Source of the DNA: Saprospira grandis DSM 2844
GTDB taxonomy: Bacteria > Bacteroidota > Bacteroidia > Chitinophagales > Saprospiraceae
Direction of reading: 5' to 3'
NCBI RefSeq assembly: GCF_000275825.1
Contig: NZ_JH719942.1
Location: 1,060,988-1,124,987, forward strand
Length of the DNA stretch: 64,000 bases
Shown here: positions 18,423 to 28,207 of the stretch, piece after piece
Numbering within the stretch: the first letter of the stretch is position 1
How the letters are laid out: every line of letters starts with the position of its first letter
Made by a program: the position numbers and the translations under genes
Notes under the pieces: generated by a model
Told to the model about the DNA's origin: nothing
Database searches by the model: none
The model's input: the letters and a program-made list of their open reading frames with translations, nothing else

Positions 18423-18902
18423 TTATTCTTCTTTTAGGCTAAAGCTCCCCATAAAAGCTTCTATTTCTTTTGGGCCAACTTCTTGGGGTTGCCTGTTCAC
18501 AATCAGCAGTTGATAGACCTTATTGTCTTTGCGGTAGAGCTCGTAGACGGCGGCGGCATCAAAGCCGAGCAGCCTATAGCGTTTAGACTTTTTGGGCCAG
18601 GGGCCTTCTTCTCTTTGGATGCTTAGGGGTTGGAGGCGGATAGCGGCGCCTAGGAGCAGGGCTTCAAAGAGGCTATCGTTGGCAAGGGCTTGTTGGTCTT
18701 TGTTTAGTGGCATACAGGCCGCCTGATACTCCCAGATAGAATCGGGACTTTTATAGAAATAGGCTTCTATTCCATTTTGTTCTAGGCTATCGAAGGGGGC
18801 GGGAAACTGCAGGCTATAATGGCCCAATTTGGAGTGGACCTTTTGGCCCTTTTGGCAGGCAAAGAGGCTAAGCAGCAGGGTTAAAAAGATAAAAACTCTC
18901 AT
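18423..18902 (-). CDS. hypothetical lipoprotein
   Basis: MRVFIFLTLLLSLFACQ lipobox. Confidence 0.4.
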   Translation of the reverse strand: MRVFIFLTLLLSLFACQKGQKVHSKLGHYSLQFPAPFDSLEQNGIEAYFYKSPDSIWEYQAACMPLNKDQQALANDSLFEALLLGAAIRLQPLSIQREEGPWPKKSKRYRLLGFDAAAVYELYRKDNKVYQLLIVNRQPQEVGPKEIEAFMGSFSLKEE

Positions 18903-18934
18903 GATTGATTTTGGGCCAAAAGTACGTTTTTTTT

Positions 18935-19105
18935 GGGAGAGATTGGAGGCGGCGAAGCCGCCCCGGCCGCAGGCCGAATGGCCCAGCGCTGCGGAGGGGT
19001 GGCCGAAGGCCAGACCGAGCCGCCTTGGCGGCGAAGGGCCGAACAGCCTTGTGAGCCCCGCAGCATAGCGGCGGCCGCCCCAAAATGAAGGGCGGCCGCG
19101 GGCCC
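18935..19105. repeat. GC-rich interspersed repeat
   Basis: ggcggcgaagccgcc...gcagcatagcggcggccgccccaaaa. Confidence 0.6.
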
Positions 19106-19978
19106 CTAAAAAATACTTTGATTTGTGAGTCGGAGGGCAGCACGGAGTGCATTGAGCATATTTCCATGCGTTTGAATTTCTTGAATATCGAGACCAATAT
19201 CGACAATAGTTTGGGCCACATTGCCAGAAATGCCAGAGAGCATTGCTTGGCAGCCCATCAGTTTGGCGGCCTTGCTCATTTTGATCAGGGCATTGGCCAC
19301 CTCGCTATCCATAACGGCGATACCGCGAATATCGAGAATAAAGACCTTGGCGTTTTTTTCAGCAATGGCCTCGAGCATAGCGTGCATCACCTGTTGGGCG
19401 CGTTCGCTATCTAGAAAGCCCACCAAAGGCAGCAGCAGAATGCCTTCCCAAAGCGGGGTAATGGGTGTAGACATAGAGGAAAGCGTTTCCTCTTTTTCTC
19501 GGAGCAATTCATCTTTGGCCGAGCTATAGCCATCGGTGAGGGTAGAGACCGCAATGCCCGTAAACTTTCGGTAAGTTTTGAGTAGATTCAGGCTGAGCAG
19601 GCCTTGTTGTTCTAGTAGATCTTGGACCTCTTGATGGTAATAATTGAGGAATGCCAGGTAGGCATCGAAGGGGATGCCCACGCTGGCGAAGACCTGTCCA
19701 AAAAAGCGTTGGCGTTCGATATACTCATCATCGGCTTGGCCGGAGAGCAAATCATCCCAGAAAATGTCTTCACTATCTCGGATTGCCTGCAAGACATCTT
19801 CGGTATAATAGCTTAGGAAGAAAGGGTGATTTTGCAGCCAATCATAGAAGCGTTGATAGAGTGCATCTTTTTGATCATAAATTTTTTGGCCTGCTTGGGC
19901 AAGTTCTGTTAGCTCTTCATCTTGGAGAAAAAAGAGTGCTTGATAGTAGGGCCAATTTTTTTCGTTAGGATCAATCAT
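19106..19978 (-). CDS. RsbR-like protein with an N-terminal helical sensor-like domain and a C-terminal STAS domain
   Basis: The C-terminal ~110 aa (VFILDIRGIAVMDSEVANALIKMSKAAKLMGCQAMLSGISGNVAQTIVDIGLD...) look like STAS. Confidence 0.6.
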   Translation of the reverse strand: MIDPNEKNWPYYQALFFLQDEELTELAQAGQKIYDQKDALYQRFYDWLQNHPFFLSYYTEDVLQAIRDSEDIFWDDLLSGQADDEYIERQRFFGQVFASVGIPFDAYLAFLNYYHQEVQDLLEQQGLLSLNLLKTYRKFTGIAVSTLTDGYSSAKDELLREKEETLSSMSTPITPLWEGILLLPLVGFLDSERAQQVMHAMLEAIAEKNAKVFILDIRGIAVMDSEVANALIKMSKAAKLMGCQAMLSGISGNVAQTIVDIGLDIQEIQTHGNMLNALRAALRLTNQSIF

Positions 19979-19984
19979 CTGTAC

Positions 19985-20968
19985 TTAATAATTTTGGATA
20001 TGCAAGAGGACCAGGGTTTGGTTGAGCAGGATGTAGCCTACTTCACCAAAGGTAAAGGGTCCTTCATAATTGCCTAGCTGTTCGCCATCTAATTTAAAGT
20101 TCAGATAATTCACGATACAATTGCAGGCTGTAATGGCGGGGGAATTGGGCATTTCTTTACGGAAAGCCTGGGGATTATAATCTACTGTTTTGGCCAAATG
20201 ATAGACTTGGTCTGTAGAAACGGGGGCATAAAAATAGACTATTTTTTCCTCTACTCGTTGGATAGTGGTGTTAATCAGGGCTCCGGAATAGTTGGAAATC
20301 AGGGGTAGGCTTCCGTCTATGCCCTTCCTTTTACAATAATGTGCAAAATTTTGTTTTTCGCCATTGATCAGGGCTTCGCTGGCTTGAAAATCGGTAGTTA
20401 AGAACTGAATATCGTCATCTTGGCCTTCTTCGTAGGGATTATAGATTTCGATTTCGGCATACTGTGCTGCGGGCAATTCGACATGCATAAGGACCGCTCG
20501 GTTCTTCATTTTTTCTGCTTTTGGGCCATAATAGGCAGCGGGCAGATGGCTGGGGTCGGCTTCTAGTTGTCGGCCAGTGATCCAGCCTAGAATGGGTTGG
20601 TCGTAGAGTCTATCATATTGGCCAATATCTAGGGCATAGGCCTTATGCACTTCTGAAAAAGCGGGCAGTGCAATATAGCTAAAGCCATTTTCTGGGCGAT
20701 CGTCCAGTAGTTGTTCCAGTTCTTGGGCCGAGTAGCTTTTGATTTCGGCTTTTAGGGCCAGATCGCTCAGATTAGAGACAAAAAGGCGGTTAAGATCTTT
20801 TTGCGCTCCTTCTCGGCTCATGAAGTAGGGCGTACTTCCGCCCAGCCATTGGCCGGCGGGCAGTTGGTCTAGTAAGCGTTGGCTACCTGCGATCAGCAGT
20901 ATTTGGCCAGATTCAATTAGTGCTTGGGTTTCTTTTAGGGAGAGGAGTTGATTTTGAAGCTTAGCCAT
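19985..20968 (-). CDS. uncharacterized cytoplasmic protein, tandem paralog 3 of 3
   Basis: 327 aa. About 75% identical to paralog 2 over long runs (LPAGQWLGG..PYFMS, FVSNLS.LALKAEIKSYSAQE). Confidence 0.6.
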   Translation of the reverse strand: MAKLQNQLLSLKETQALIESGQILLIAGSQRLLDQLPAGQWLGGSTPYFMSREGAQKDLNRLFVSNLSDLALKAEIKSYSAQELEQLLDDRPENGFSYIALPAFSEVHKAYALDIGQYDRLYDQPILGWITGRQLEADPSHLPAAYYGPKAEKMKNRAVLMHVELPAAQYAEIEIYNPYEEGQDDDIQFLTTDFQASEALINGEKQNFAHYCKRKGIDGSLPLISNYSGALINTTIQRVEEKIVYFYAPVSTDQVYHLAKTVDYNPQAFRKEMPNSPAITACNCIVNYLNFKLDGEQLGNYEGPFTFGEVGYILLNQTLVLLHIQNY

Positions 20969-21071
20969 ATTGTTCTATTGTTAAGTTAGAAAATGGCCTA
21001 TTGTGTTTATTGCTTAATTTTGCTCAAGGAACAAAGTTCTTCAAAAAGATAGTGGGTTAGTGTAATCGTTT

Positions 21072-22049
21072 TTACTTATCCTGAATATAGAGCAGGACCA
21101 GCGTTTGGTTGAGTAAAAGGTAGGCAATTTCGCCAAAGGTAAATGGCCCGCCATAGTTGGCCAGCTTTACGCCATTCAATTGAAAATTGAAATAGATAGA
21201 AATGCAATTAAAGGCTGTTTGGGCGTTTTCATGGGGCATTTTATCTAAGAACGCATTAGGGCTATACCTAATTTCCTTGGCCCAATAATAAATTTGGTCG
21301 GTAGATACTGGGCCATAAAAATAGACTCGATTTTCTTCAATCCGTTCAATATCGATATTGACCAAAGCGCCAGAGTAATTAGCGAGCAGGGGGAGTTGGC
21401 CCTTAATGTTGTTGCTACGGCAATAGTGGGCAAAATTTTGTTTTTCGCCATTGATGAGGACCTCTGCGGCGGAGAAGTCATTTTCTAAGAACTCGATACG
21501 GTCGCCTTGGCCTTGTTCGTAGGGATTATAGATTTCGATTTCGGCATATTGGCTTTCGGGCAGTTCAATGTGCATCAATACGGCCTTATTGCTTAGGCAA
21601 CTAGCTGTTGGGCCATGATAAACGGCTGGAAACTGTTCATCTTTGGCCTCTAGGTCTTTTCCAGTAACCCAACCTAAAATTGGAGAGTCGTAGAGGCTTT
21701 CATATTGTCCAATTTCTATAGCATAGGCTTTATGGACCTCAGAAAAAACGGGCATAGCGATATAGCTAAAGCCATTTTTGGGCCGATCGGCCAGTAGTTG
21801 CTCAAACTCTTGGGCCGAATAGCTTTTAATTTCAGCTTTTAGGGCCAGATTGCTCAGGTTGGAGACAAAAAGATGGTCGAGATCTTTTTCTGCGCCGGCT
21901 TCACTCATAAAGTACGGAATAGTTCCCCCTAGCCATTGGCCTGCGGGCAACTGATCGAGTAATTCTTGGCTAGCGGCAATCAGCAAGAGCTCTCCGGCTT
22001 GAATGAGGCGGCAGGTTTCTTCTAAGGTTAATATTTGGTTGTTCGGCAT
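21072..22049 (-). CDS. uncharacterized cytoplasmic protein, tandem paralog 2 of 3
   Basis: 325 aa, the same family. Confidence 0.6.
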   Translation of the reverse strand: MPNNQILTLEETCRLIQAGELLLIAASQELLDQLPAGQWLGGTIPYFMSEAGAEKDLDHLFVSNLSNLALKAEIKSYSAQEFEQLLADRPKNGFSYIAMPVFSEVHKAYAIEIGQYESLYDSPILGWVTGKDLEAKDEQFPAVYHGPTASCLSNKAVLMHIELPESQYAEIEIYNPYEQGQGDRIEFLENDFSAAEVLINGEKQNFAHYCRSNNIKGQLPLLANYSGALVNIDIERIEENRVYFYGPVSTDQIYYWAKEIRYSPNAFLDKMPHENAQTAFNCISIYFNFQLNGVKLANYGGPFTFGEIAYLLLNQTLVLLYIQDK

Positions 22050-22086
22050 GAGCCATTTTGTTAGCGGTTAAGATATGTATGGCCAA

Positions 22087-23070
22087 CTATTCTGTTTTAA
22101 CATCTAGAATAACCATAGTTTGGTTCAGGACCAGATAGGCGATTTCGCCAAAAGTGAAGGGGTAATGGTAGCCTTTGGTGTAGTTTTCTTCTCCGCCCAA
22201 TTGCATAAAGTTAGCGATACAATTGTAGGCGACTAAGGTCGTTTCGGTTTTTGGGGGCAGTTTGGCCTTAAAAGCGGCTTGTCGATTTTCTATAGTTTTG
22301 GCAAAGCGGTACGTTTGGCTTTGAAAAACGGGAGCAGCAAAACTGACAGTTGTGGCAGCTTCTTCGGCCTGATAGATAGAGGTATTGAGTTGGGCACCGC
22401 CAAAATCTCCGACCAAGGGGTATTCCATATCAATTTGATGTTCTTGCAGATAGCTCAGAAAGTTTTGTTTTTCGCCATCAATCAAACAGTCCTCTACCTG
22501 ATAGCCATCTTCTAGGAATTGGATATTGGGGCCATCATTTTGTTCATAAATATTCACAATAGAGAGCTCTGCATATTGCTCTGCAGCAAGTTGGGCGTGC
22601 AGGGCCACAAGTTGGTCCGTATAGACCGCTCCATCTTGGCCATTCACCACTAGTGGTTGAGCGGCCTCGCCCCAAACAATACCTGTGACCCAACCTAGGG
22701 TAGGCACATCAAATAGCTTTGGGTTTTGGCTAATTTGCAAGGCATAATTGGCCTGTACTTCCTGAAAAGCGGGCATAAGTAAATAGCTAAAGCCATTTTC
22801 TGGACGATCGTCCAGCATTTGCTCCAATTCTTGAGCGCCATAGGCCTGAATGCTAAAATCTTGAATTTCAGTAGTCAGATCTGTCACAAAAACCTGCTCT
22901 CGGTTCAAAGCACCGCCCTCTTCAGTCATAAAGTAGGGAATGCTGCCGCCGATCCAGTTGCCTTTGGGCAAAGTTTTCAAAATTGGTCCATCTGCGGCAA
23001 CAACTAAGGTTCGGCCTTGCTCAATCCATTCTGCACAGGTTTTTTGGGAAATCAGTTGGTTTTTATTCAT
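22087..23070 (-). CDS. uncharacterized cytoplasmic protein, tandem paralog 1 of 3 (most divergent)
   Basis: 327 aa with shared motifs (LP.G.W.GG.IPYFM, GFSY...PAF.EV...YAL, GEKQNF..Y, PFTFGE..YL.LNQT.V.L). Confidence 0.55.
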   Translation of the reverse strand: MNKNQLISQKTCAEWIEQGRTLVVAADGPILKTLPKGNWIGGSIPYFMTEEGGALNREQVFVTDLTTEIQDFSIQAYGAQELEQMLDDRPENGFSYLLMPAFQEVQANYALQISQNPKLFDVPTLGWVTGIVWGEAAQPLVVNGQDGAVYTDQLVALHAQLAAEQYAELSIVNIYEQNDGPNIQFLEDGYQVEDCLIDGEKQNFLSYLQEHQIDMEYPLVGDFGGAQLNTSIYQAEEAATTVSFAAPVFQSQTYRFAKTIENRQAAFKAKLPPKTETTLVAYNCIANFMQLGGEENYTKGYHYPFTFGEIAYLVLNQTMVILDVKTE

Positions 23071-23085
23071 GGGGGAAGGGAGGCT

Positions 23086-23307
23086 TTAACGTTTAAAAAT
23101 GGCTTTTAGGTCGGCCGCATACATCTTTTCATTTTTGGCACAATAGGCCCAAAGCTGTTGCCTAGCTTCATTTAAGCTTAATTTTCCTTTGCGGAGCTGT
23201 ACCTTGAGGCTATTCAGTTTTAGCTGTAGCGACAAGCTTTTTAACTTGGGCTTAATGCGCTCTTCTAAGAGGGCTGCCCATTCTTCTTCTTGAGGATCTG
23301 CTAGCAT
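23086..23307 (-). CDS. small coiled-coil protein, first gene of the paralog/STAS operon
   Basis: 73 aa. Its stop is 15 bp before paralog 1. Confidence 0.4.
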   Translation of the reverse strand: MLADPQEEEWAALLEERIKPKLKSLSLQLKLNSLKVQLRKGKLSLNEARQQLWAYCAKNEKMYAADLKAIFKR

Positions 23308-23379
23308 AAAGTTTCTGATTTAGTTGTTTCTCTCTACAATTTAATAAAAAAAGGCTTCTTTAGGAAGCCTTTTTTATTC

Positions 23380-24096
23380 TTAGTCTAGTGGTTCACACTG
23401 CGGTCGCATTTTGTCAATTGTACTTTTTGCCAAATCATTAACGCCTTCTAGTTCGCCTTCTTCGGCTTTCCAGAAAGTAGCACAGGTCTTTAAGGGACTA
23501 TCACAAAGCATTTTAGATTGTAGTTTCCCCGTGCTATCTTGGGCATATAGCCAGAGCTCGCAATGCTCATAATTTCCCAGATAAGTCCCTTTGGCTTTGG
23601 GTTGGCCATTCTGATAAAATTCTGCAAAAGGCCCATTAGCCTCATTATTGCGCATAACCACCCATTCTTTGATCTGCCCATTGGGGTAGTAGGTTTTCAG
23701 GCTATCATCTAAGGCGCCCTCCTTATAATGGCCGGCCTGTTTTAGTTGGCCATTGGGGTAATAATAGCTCAGCGGACCATCTAGTTGTCCTTTTTCATTG
23801 TACTGAAAATGGCCAGCCAATTGCCCATTTTGGTGATATTGTTTTTCTTCTCCAACGCTTAGGCCCGCCTTCATTTTGCGCTCCAAAAGCAATATTTTTT
23901 GGCCTTCTTGCAGGCTATACTCCTTATACTCGCCTTCTTTTTGCTGATTGATGGTATCAAATTGGTATTCCATCAATAAATCGGCCTGCTGTTCTGTTTT
24001 CCAGATTTTTGGATCTTCATTTTTTGGAGCCTGCTCCTCGCCTTGGCAAGCCATAAGAAGAAGAAAACTGCCTGCGGTTATTATTTTTTTGATCAT
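23380..24096 (-). CDS. MORN-repeat (YwqK-like) lipoprotein
   Basis: Repeated G-x-Y--NGQLK/NGQPK units and an LLLMACQ lipobox. Confidence 0.55.
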   Translation of the reverse strand: MIKKIITAGSFLLLMACQGEEQAPKNEDPKIWKTEQQADLLMEYQFDTINQQKEGEYKEYSLQEGQKILLLERKMKAGLSVGEEKQYHQNGQLAGHFQYNEKGQLDGPLSYYYPNGQLKQAGHYKEGALDDSLKTYYPNGQIKEWVVMRNNEANGPFAEFYQNGQPKAKGTYLGNYEHCELWLYAQDSTGKLQSKMLCDSPLKTCATFWKAEEGELEGVNDLAKSTIDKMRPQCEPLD

Positions 24097-24111
24097 GCTA
24101 ATTAAGATTTT

Positions 24112-24252
24112 TATTTTTTGGGGCCTGCCGCCTTTGGCGGCCGGGCTGTGTCAGGGCTCGCAGGTCTGCTCGGCCCTGCAGGCTTTTTCGCTTCGCTTCA
24201 AAAGCCTTTGGTCTGCGGCTGCGCCGCCCCCTTATCCATCCCTAGGCCAATT
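24112..24252. repeat. GC-rich interspersed repeat
   Basis: ttttggggcctgccgcc...gggctgtgtcagggctcgcaggtctgctcggccctgc... Confidence 0.65.
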
Positions 24253-24342
24253 GAGGCTTAATTGATTGGGCTAAAATAAGCAAGTTGTTTTTCTAGAAAA
24301 GGACATTTCTGCAAAAAGTTACGTTCTTTAAAAATCGGGCGC

Positions 24343-24371
24343 TTGACAAAATAGTTGTATCTTTAGATACT
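24343..24371 (+). promoter_or_regulatory. candidate sigma70-like promoter (TTGACA-17-GATACT)
   Basis: Sequence match only, about 60 bp upstream of the 24431 start. A TATTTTTG (Bacteroidetes TAnnTTTG-like) element also sits at ~24377. Confidence 0.3.
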
Positions 24372-24430
24372 CCCTTATTTTTGGTACTCATTCAATTCAC
24401 AAATTAGTTATTCCCCAACCCTTTTGTCCT

Positions 24431-24937
24431 ATGAAAATTTACGCTTTTTTTTTGGCCATTTTGGCCATTAGTCTTGTTTCTTGCCAGTCTGCCCCCAAAT
24501 CTTCAGTTACTGATGAGCTGGCTAGTTTTCCTAAAAAAGAATTTGCCAAAGTAGTAGCTTATGATTATGAAAGCATGCAAGGCGACTATATTTTGAATAA
24601 AAACGGGGAGTTACACCCTTCTGTTAAGGCTGAAAAAGAACTGACGGAGGAGCAGCAAAAGCTTTTGCTGGCCACATTGAATAGTAAAAACAGTTATGGT
24701 GGCTCGGTCACTCGTTGTTTTTATCCTCGTTTGGGTTTTGTTTTCTACAATGCTGCTGATGAGCCGGTGGGCCAAGTAAGTATTTGTTTTCAGTGCAATC
24801 AGCAGGTGGCTGGGCCGCAGATTCCGGTACAAGAGGCCTTATTGGCCGAGGGCGAACTGATTGGTTATAGTGCATTGGGCCGAGAGAAGTTATTGGAGCT
24901 TTGCCAAAGTTTGGGGTTTAGCAATTGTAATGAATAG
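24431..24937 (+). CDS. hypothetical lipoprotein
   Basis: Signal peptide/lipobox LVSCQS. Cys pairs CFYP...CFQCNQ. Confidence 0.45.
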   Translation: MKIYAFFLAILAISLVSCQSAPKSSVTDELASFPKKEFAKVVAYDYESMQGDYILNKNGELHPSVKAEKELTEEQQKLLLATLNSKNSYGGSVTRCFYPRLGFVFYNAADEPVGQVSICFQCNQQVAGPQIPVQEALLAEGELIGYSALGREKLLELCQSLGFSNCNE

Positions 24938-24955
24938 CTGGTTTAAGAAAATAGA

Positions 24956-24992
24956 AAGGCCGTTTTCCGGATAGGGAAAACGGCCTTTTTTT
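24956..24992 (+). terminator. rho-independent terminator
   Basis: GGCCGTTTTCC-ggatagg-GAAAACGGCC-TTTTTTT. Confidence 0.6.
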
Positions 24993-25015
24993 GGTCCAAT
25001 TTTCTGCGTTTTACA

Positions 25016-25185
25016 GGCGGCGAAGCCGCCGCAAAGGAGCGCAGCGACGCGGCTGAGGGGCTGTAGCAGGGCCGCCGCAGGCGGCAGACCGAGGCGCGCT
25101 AGCGCCGAAGGGCCGAGCAGACCTGCGAGCTGTGCAATGGCCCGACCCAAGGCCCAAAGGGCCGCAGGGGCAGCCCCAAAATAGC
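25016..25185. repeat. GC-rich interspersed repeat
   Basis: Same module set as 10503-10668 and 15330-15502. Confidence 0.7.
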
Positions 25186-26637
25186 TTAATCTACAGGCGT
25201 AAGCAGTCCTTCATTATTGGTTTTGATGAGGCAAACCATAGCGTTGGTGGCTACATTCATGGTGCCCGTCATGAGGTAGCCCTTGAGTTCTCGGCGGGTA
25301 GTACCGGGGACCAGCTCGCGGATAGGCATGACCGTTCCGGCTTGGTTACCGGCTAGGGCTTGGCTACCATTATTGACAGAAGCGCGGCCAAATTGGCGAA
25401 TTTCGCCATCCCATTCTGGGGTGAGGTTGGGGCCTACTTTTGCCATAGCGAGTTCATCGCCAAAGTTGGCATCATCATATTGGTAGACGGCACTGATGAC
25501 AAAGCTAGGTTCATTGCCAGCCACCTCGGAGGGGACCAAAGCGATGCTACCGGCTAGCAAATCTTCTGTGGTATTGGTAAAGCCGCCATTTGTTTTGCCT
25601 AGATATCGGCGTTGAATTTCTCCGACGCCTTCATCGACTTGTAGGAGGAGGAGGTCCCCTTCATTCACTTCATTTCTAGTGGGGTCTCTATTTTCGACAT
25701 GGCTCAGAATCGTAATTCTGGCATTTAGGGAATCGTAGCAAGAGCCTCCGGCCACCAAAAACATATCTTGGCCGCCAAAACTTTGTTGCGAGACCTCGCT
25801 ACCCGAAGAGGCGCGAAATCTGATGACGAGGATATCGGTCGTAAAGTTGGGGTTGGTTGGGGTACCATTTTGCTCATCTCGTTTTTCGGCGGTAGCGGTT
25901 ACCATATAGGCGCCATTGAGTACCTCTACAGAGGCGGCGCGATCTTCACCGACAAATCCGCGGACAGAGCGCCAGATGATATTGCCATCTAGGTCTAGGC
26001 GCATAAGGAGCACATCTGTTTTATCTAGGGCTTGATAATCTTGGTATTCGGGTTTACCGATATAGACATCGGTAGTTTCTCCGGCCAAGACAAAGCCTCC
26101 ATCGGGAAGTTCCTTAATATCATAGACAAAGTCCTTATAAATTTCTGAAGAGCTTAGGGTAGATCCATTGAGCAAGACTTTTTCCCAGACCACATTTCCT
26201 TCTAGGTCTAATTTATAGAGCACGATATAAGTGGCATCTAGGGTAGATTGTCCGCCAACTGTCACTACGGTAGTTCGGTTACCGGCTACTAGGTAGCCAG
26301 ACTCATCGGAGAGGACCAGCACGCGGTGGCCTGTTTCTTCATAGCCGTTACTTCCATCGCCAAAGGTTTTGCTCCATTCCTCATTGCCCAGAGAATCTGT
26401 TTTAACGAGGTAGAAGTCATTGTAGCTAGCGGCATTGACAAAAGCGTTGGAAGAGCCGAGGATAATGAAGCCTTTATCGGTAGTTTCCTTAACGTCTTTT
26501 CCGATTTGGTCATTTACATGTCCGTAATACTTAACGAAAGCATCTTCTTGATTGGAGGGAGAGATATTCTCTTTTTTGCAAGCGCTAAGGCCCAGTAGCA
26601 GGAGCATACAGCTAGCGAAGAAATACTTATTGATCAT
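25186..26637 (-). CDS. lipoprotein with beta-propeller-like repeats
   Basis: LLGLSAC lipobox. Periodic D-x-x-G-N-x-x-W motifs. Confidence 0.4.
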   Translation of the reverse strand: MINKYFFASCMLLLLGLSACKKENISPSNQEDAFVKYYGHVNDQIGKDVKETTDKGFIILGSSNAFVNAASYNDFYLVKTDSLGNEEWSKTFGDGSNGYEETGHRVLVLSDESGYLVAGNRTTVVTVGGQSTLDATYIVLYKLDLEGNVVWEKVLLNGSTLSSSEIYKDFVYDIKELPDGGFVLAGETTDVYIGKPEYQDYQALDKTDVLLMRLDLDGNIIWRSVRGFVGEDRAASVEVLNGAYMVTATAEKRDEQNGTPTNPNFTTDILVIRFRASSGSEVSQQSFGGQDMFLVAGGSCYDSLNARITILSHVENRDPTRNEVNEGDLLLLQVDEGVGEIQRRYLGKTNGGFTNTTEDLLAGSIALVPSEVAGNEPSFVISAVYQYDDANFGDELAMAKVGPNLTPEWDGEIRQFGRASVNNGSQALAGNQAGTVMPIRELVPGTTRRELKGYLMTGTMNVATNAMVCLIKTNNEGLLTPVD

Positions 26638-26660
26638 AGTTTTCTAATTTAGGTAGGAAA

Positions 26661-28055
26661 TTAATTCCCTTTAATATCTGAGGCTTTATCTTTAATTTCG
26701 TCAATCACCTTAGAGCTAGCGCGGCCACGGCGAACATCTTCGATGATACCGGGTTGATCTCTTTCGAGTTCTCGAACGAAGCTATTGAGTTCTCGTTTTA
26801 GTTCGGAGTCTGTAGTTCGTTTAGCGTTTCGTTTTTCTTTTTTGATAATTTTATTGAGTCGGCGATTGATATAAATTTCGTTGTACTGTCGTTTTTTTCT
26901 GGGTTTGTAGAAAGACTTTTCGAAGCCGATAGTTAGCGAATAGTTATCCATACGGAAGTCATTATCTACATGTCCGTATTCGTAGAGTAATTCGGGGTTA
27001 CTATAGCGATTTTCTCTATTGACGGAATTCATCAGGAAGCGGTTATATCGGGCTTCGATAATAACGAAATCGTGTCCTAGGCGAATTTTTGCGCCTGCGC
27101 CAGCGAGTAGGGAGACATTAAATCCTTCTCTTAGGGAGAGGCGGTCGGCTTCTCCGGCTTGGGTTTCGGCAGAGAGGCCAGATCCGGCGATAACGAAGCT
27201 ACGTTCGCCACCGACAACGGCTCCTCCGCCATCAGATTCTCGGGTGGTATTTCTTTGGATATTGACCATACTTGCAGAGAGTAAGAAATTGGGTGCTCCT
27301 CCGATATAGGCGTAGGGGATTACTTTTTTGTAGCGTTTAAAATAGTGTTCATAGCGTAGCATCAGGGGGATATCGATCCAGTACTGTCGTTCATCGAACT
27401 GCAGGCTAGAGTATTGCAGTGTATTTTGGGCGGGGTTTTGCAAACCTGTCGAGAGGAACATACTATCGATAGCTCGGTAGCTTCTGAGGGCAAAATTACC
27501 TTCTAGCGCGAGTGTAAAGTCTCTCCAGATAGGCATTTCTATACCGATAGCGCCAGAAAAGCCGAGTACAAATTGGTTATAATTTTCTGCTCGATAATTA
27601 TTATTATCTACATTATAGGTTTCTAGTGTTTGCAGGCGGGTATTATTGACGCCAATATTTCCATAAATAGAGACTAGGGGTTTATGTCTGTAAGTTCTAG
27701 AGAGATAAATCAGGTCATAAGAATTACTGGGGTTCAGAGAATCTGCCTCATAGAGGGGATTAATTTTGAGGAGTTCTTCAAAGGAGCGGGTAGCATCATC
27801 TAGGTCATTTCGGAAGAGGTAACTTTCGGTAAGTAATTTATAGCCTTCTTCTCTTTTTGCTTTAACGGGAAAAGCTCTTTTATTCGCTAGGCAATCTCGG
27901 ATCAGGTCGCCCACTTCTTCTAGCTGCCCTTCTTCATAGGCTCTTTTAGCCTCATCTAGGTGATCGTTACAGAGGTCCTCATCTAGTGATTGTGCAGATA
28001 AGGCTTGAGGGCTGAGGGCTAGGGCGACAGCGGCCCAAAGCAATTTTAGTTTCAT
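26661..28055 (-). CDS. hypothetical outer-membrane protein (start at MKLKLLW) with a helical N-domain, a beta-barrel-like core and a charged coiled-coil tail
   Basis: Signal peptide ...ALSAQ. Alternating hydrophobic strands. K/R/E-rich C-terminus. Confidence 0.4.
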   Translation of the reverse strand: MKLKLLWAAVALALSPQALSAQSLDEDLCNDHLDEAKRAYEEGQLEEVGDLIRDCLANKRAFPVKAKREEGYKLLTESYLFRNDLDDATRSFEELLKINPLYEADSLNPSNSYDLIYLSRTYRHKPLVSIYGNIGVNNTRLQTLETYNVDNNNYRAENYNQFVLGFSGAIGIEMPIWRDFTLALEGNFALRSYRAIDSMFLSTGLQNPAQNTLQYSSLQFDERQYWIDIPLMLRYEHYFKRYKKVIPYAYIGGAPNFLLSASMVNIQRNTTRESDGGGAVVGGERSFVIAGSGLSAETQAGEADRLSLREGFNVSLLAGAGAKIRLGHDFVIIEARYNRFLMNSVNRENRYSNPELLYEYGHVDNDFRMDNYSLTIGFEKSFYKPRKKRQYNEIYINRRLNKIIKKEKRNAKRTTDSELKRELNSFVRELERDQPGIIEDVRRGRASSKVIDEIKDKASDIKGN

Positions 28056-28207
28056 AATAAAAAGCGAATTAGTAATTATTAAACTCGAACTCATTTTGGT
28101 AGACGGCAAGCGTCTGGCTTGGCTAAGGAGTAGATAAGGCCTAAAAAAGGGGAAAGCTAGCCCGGCTAGCCCTCCCCTGGCTCTATCTTTAGAGGTATAT
28201 TATTGTA

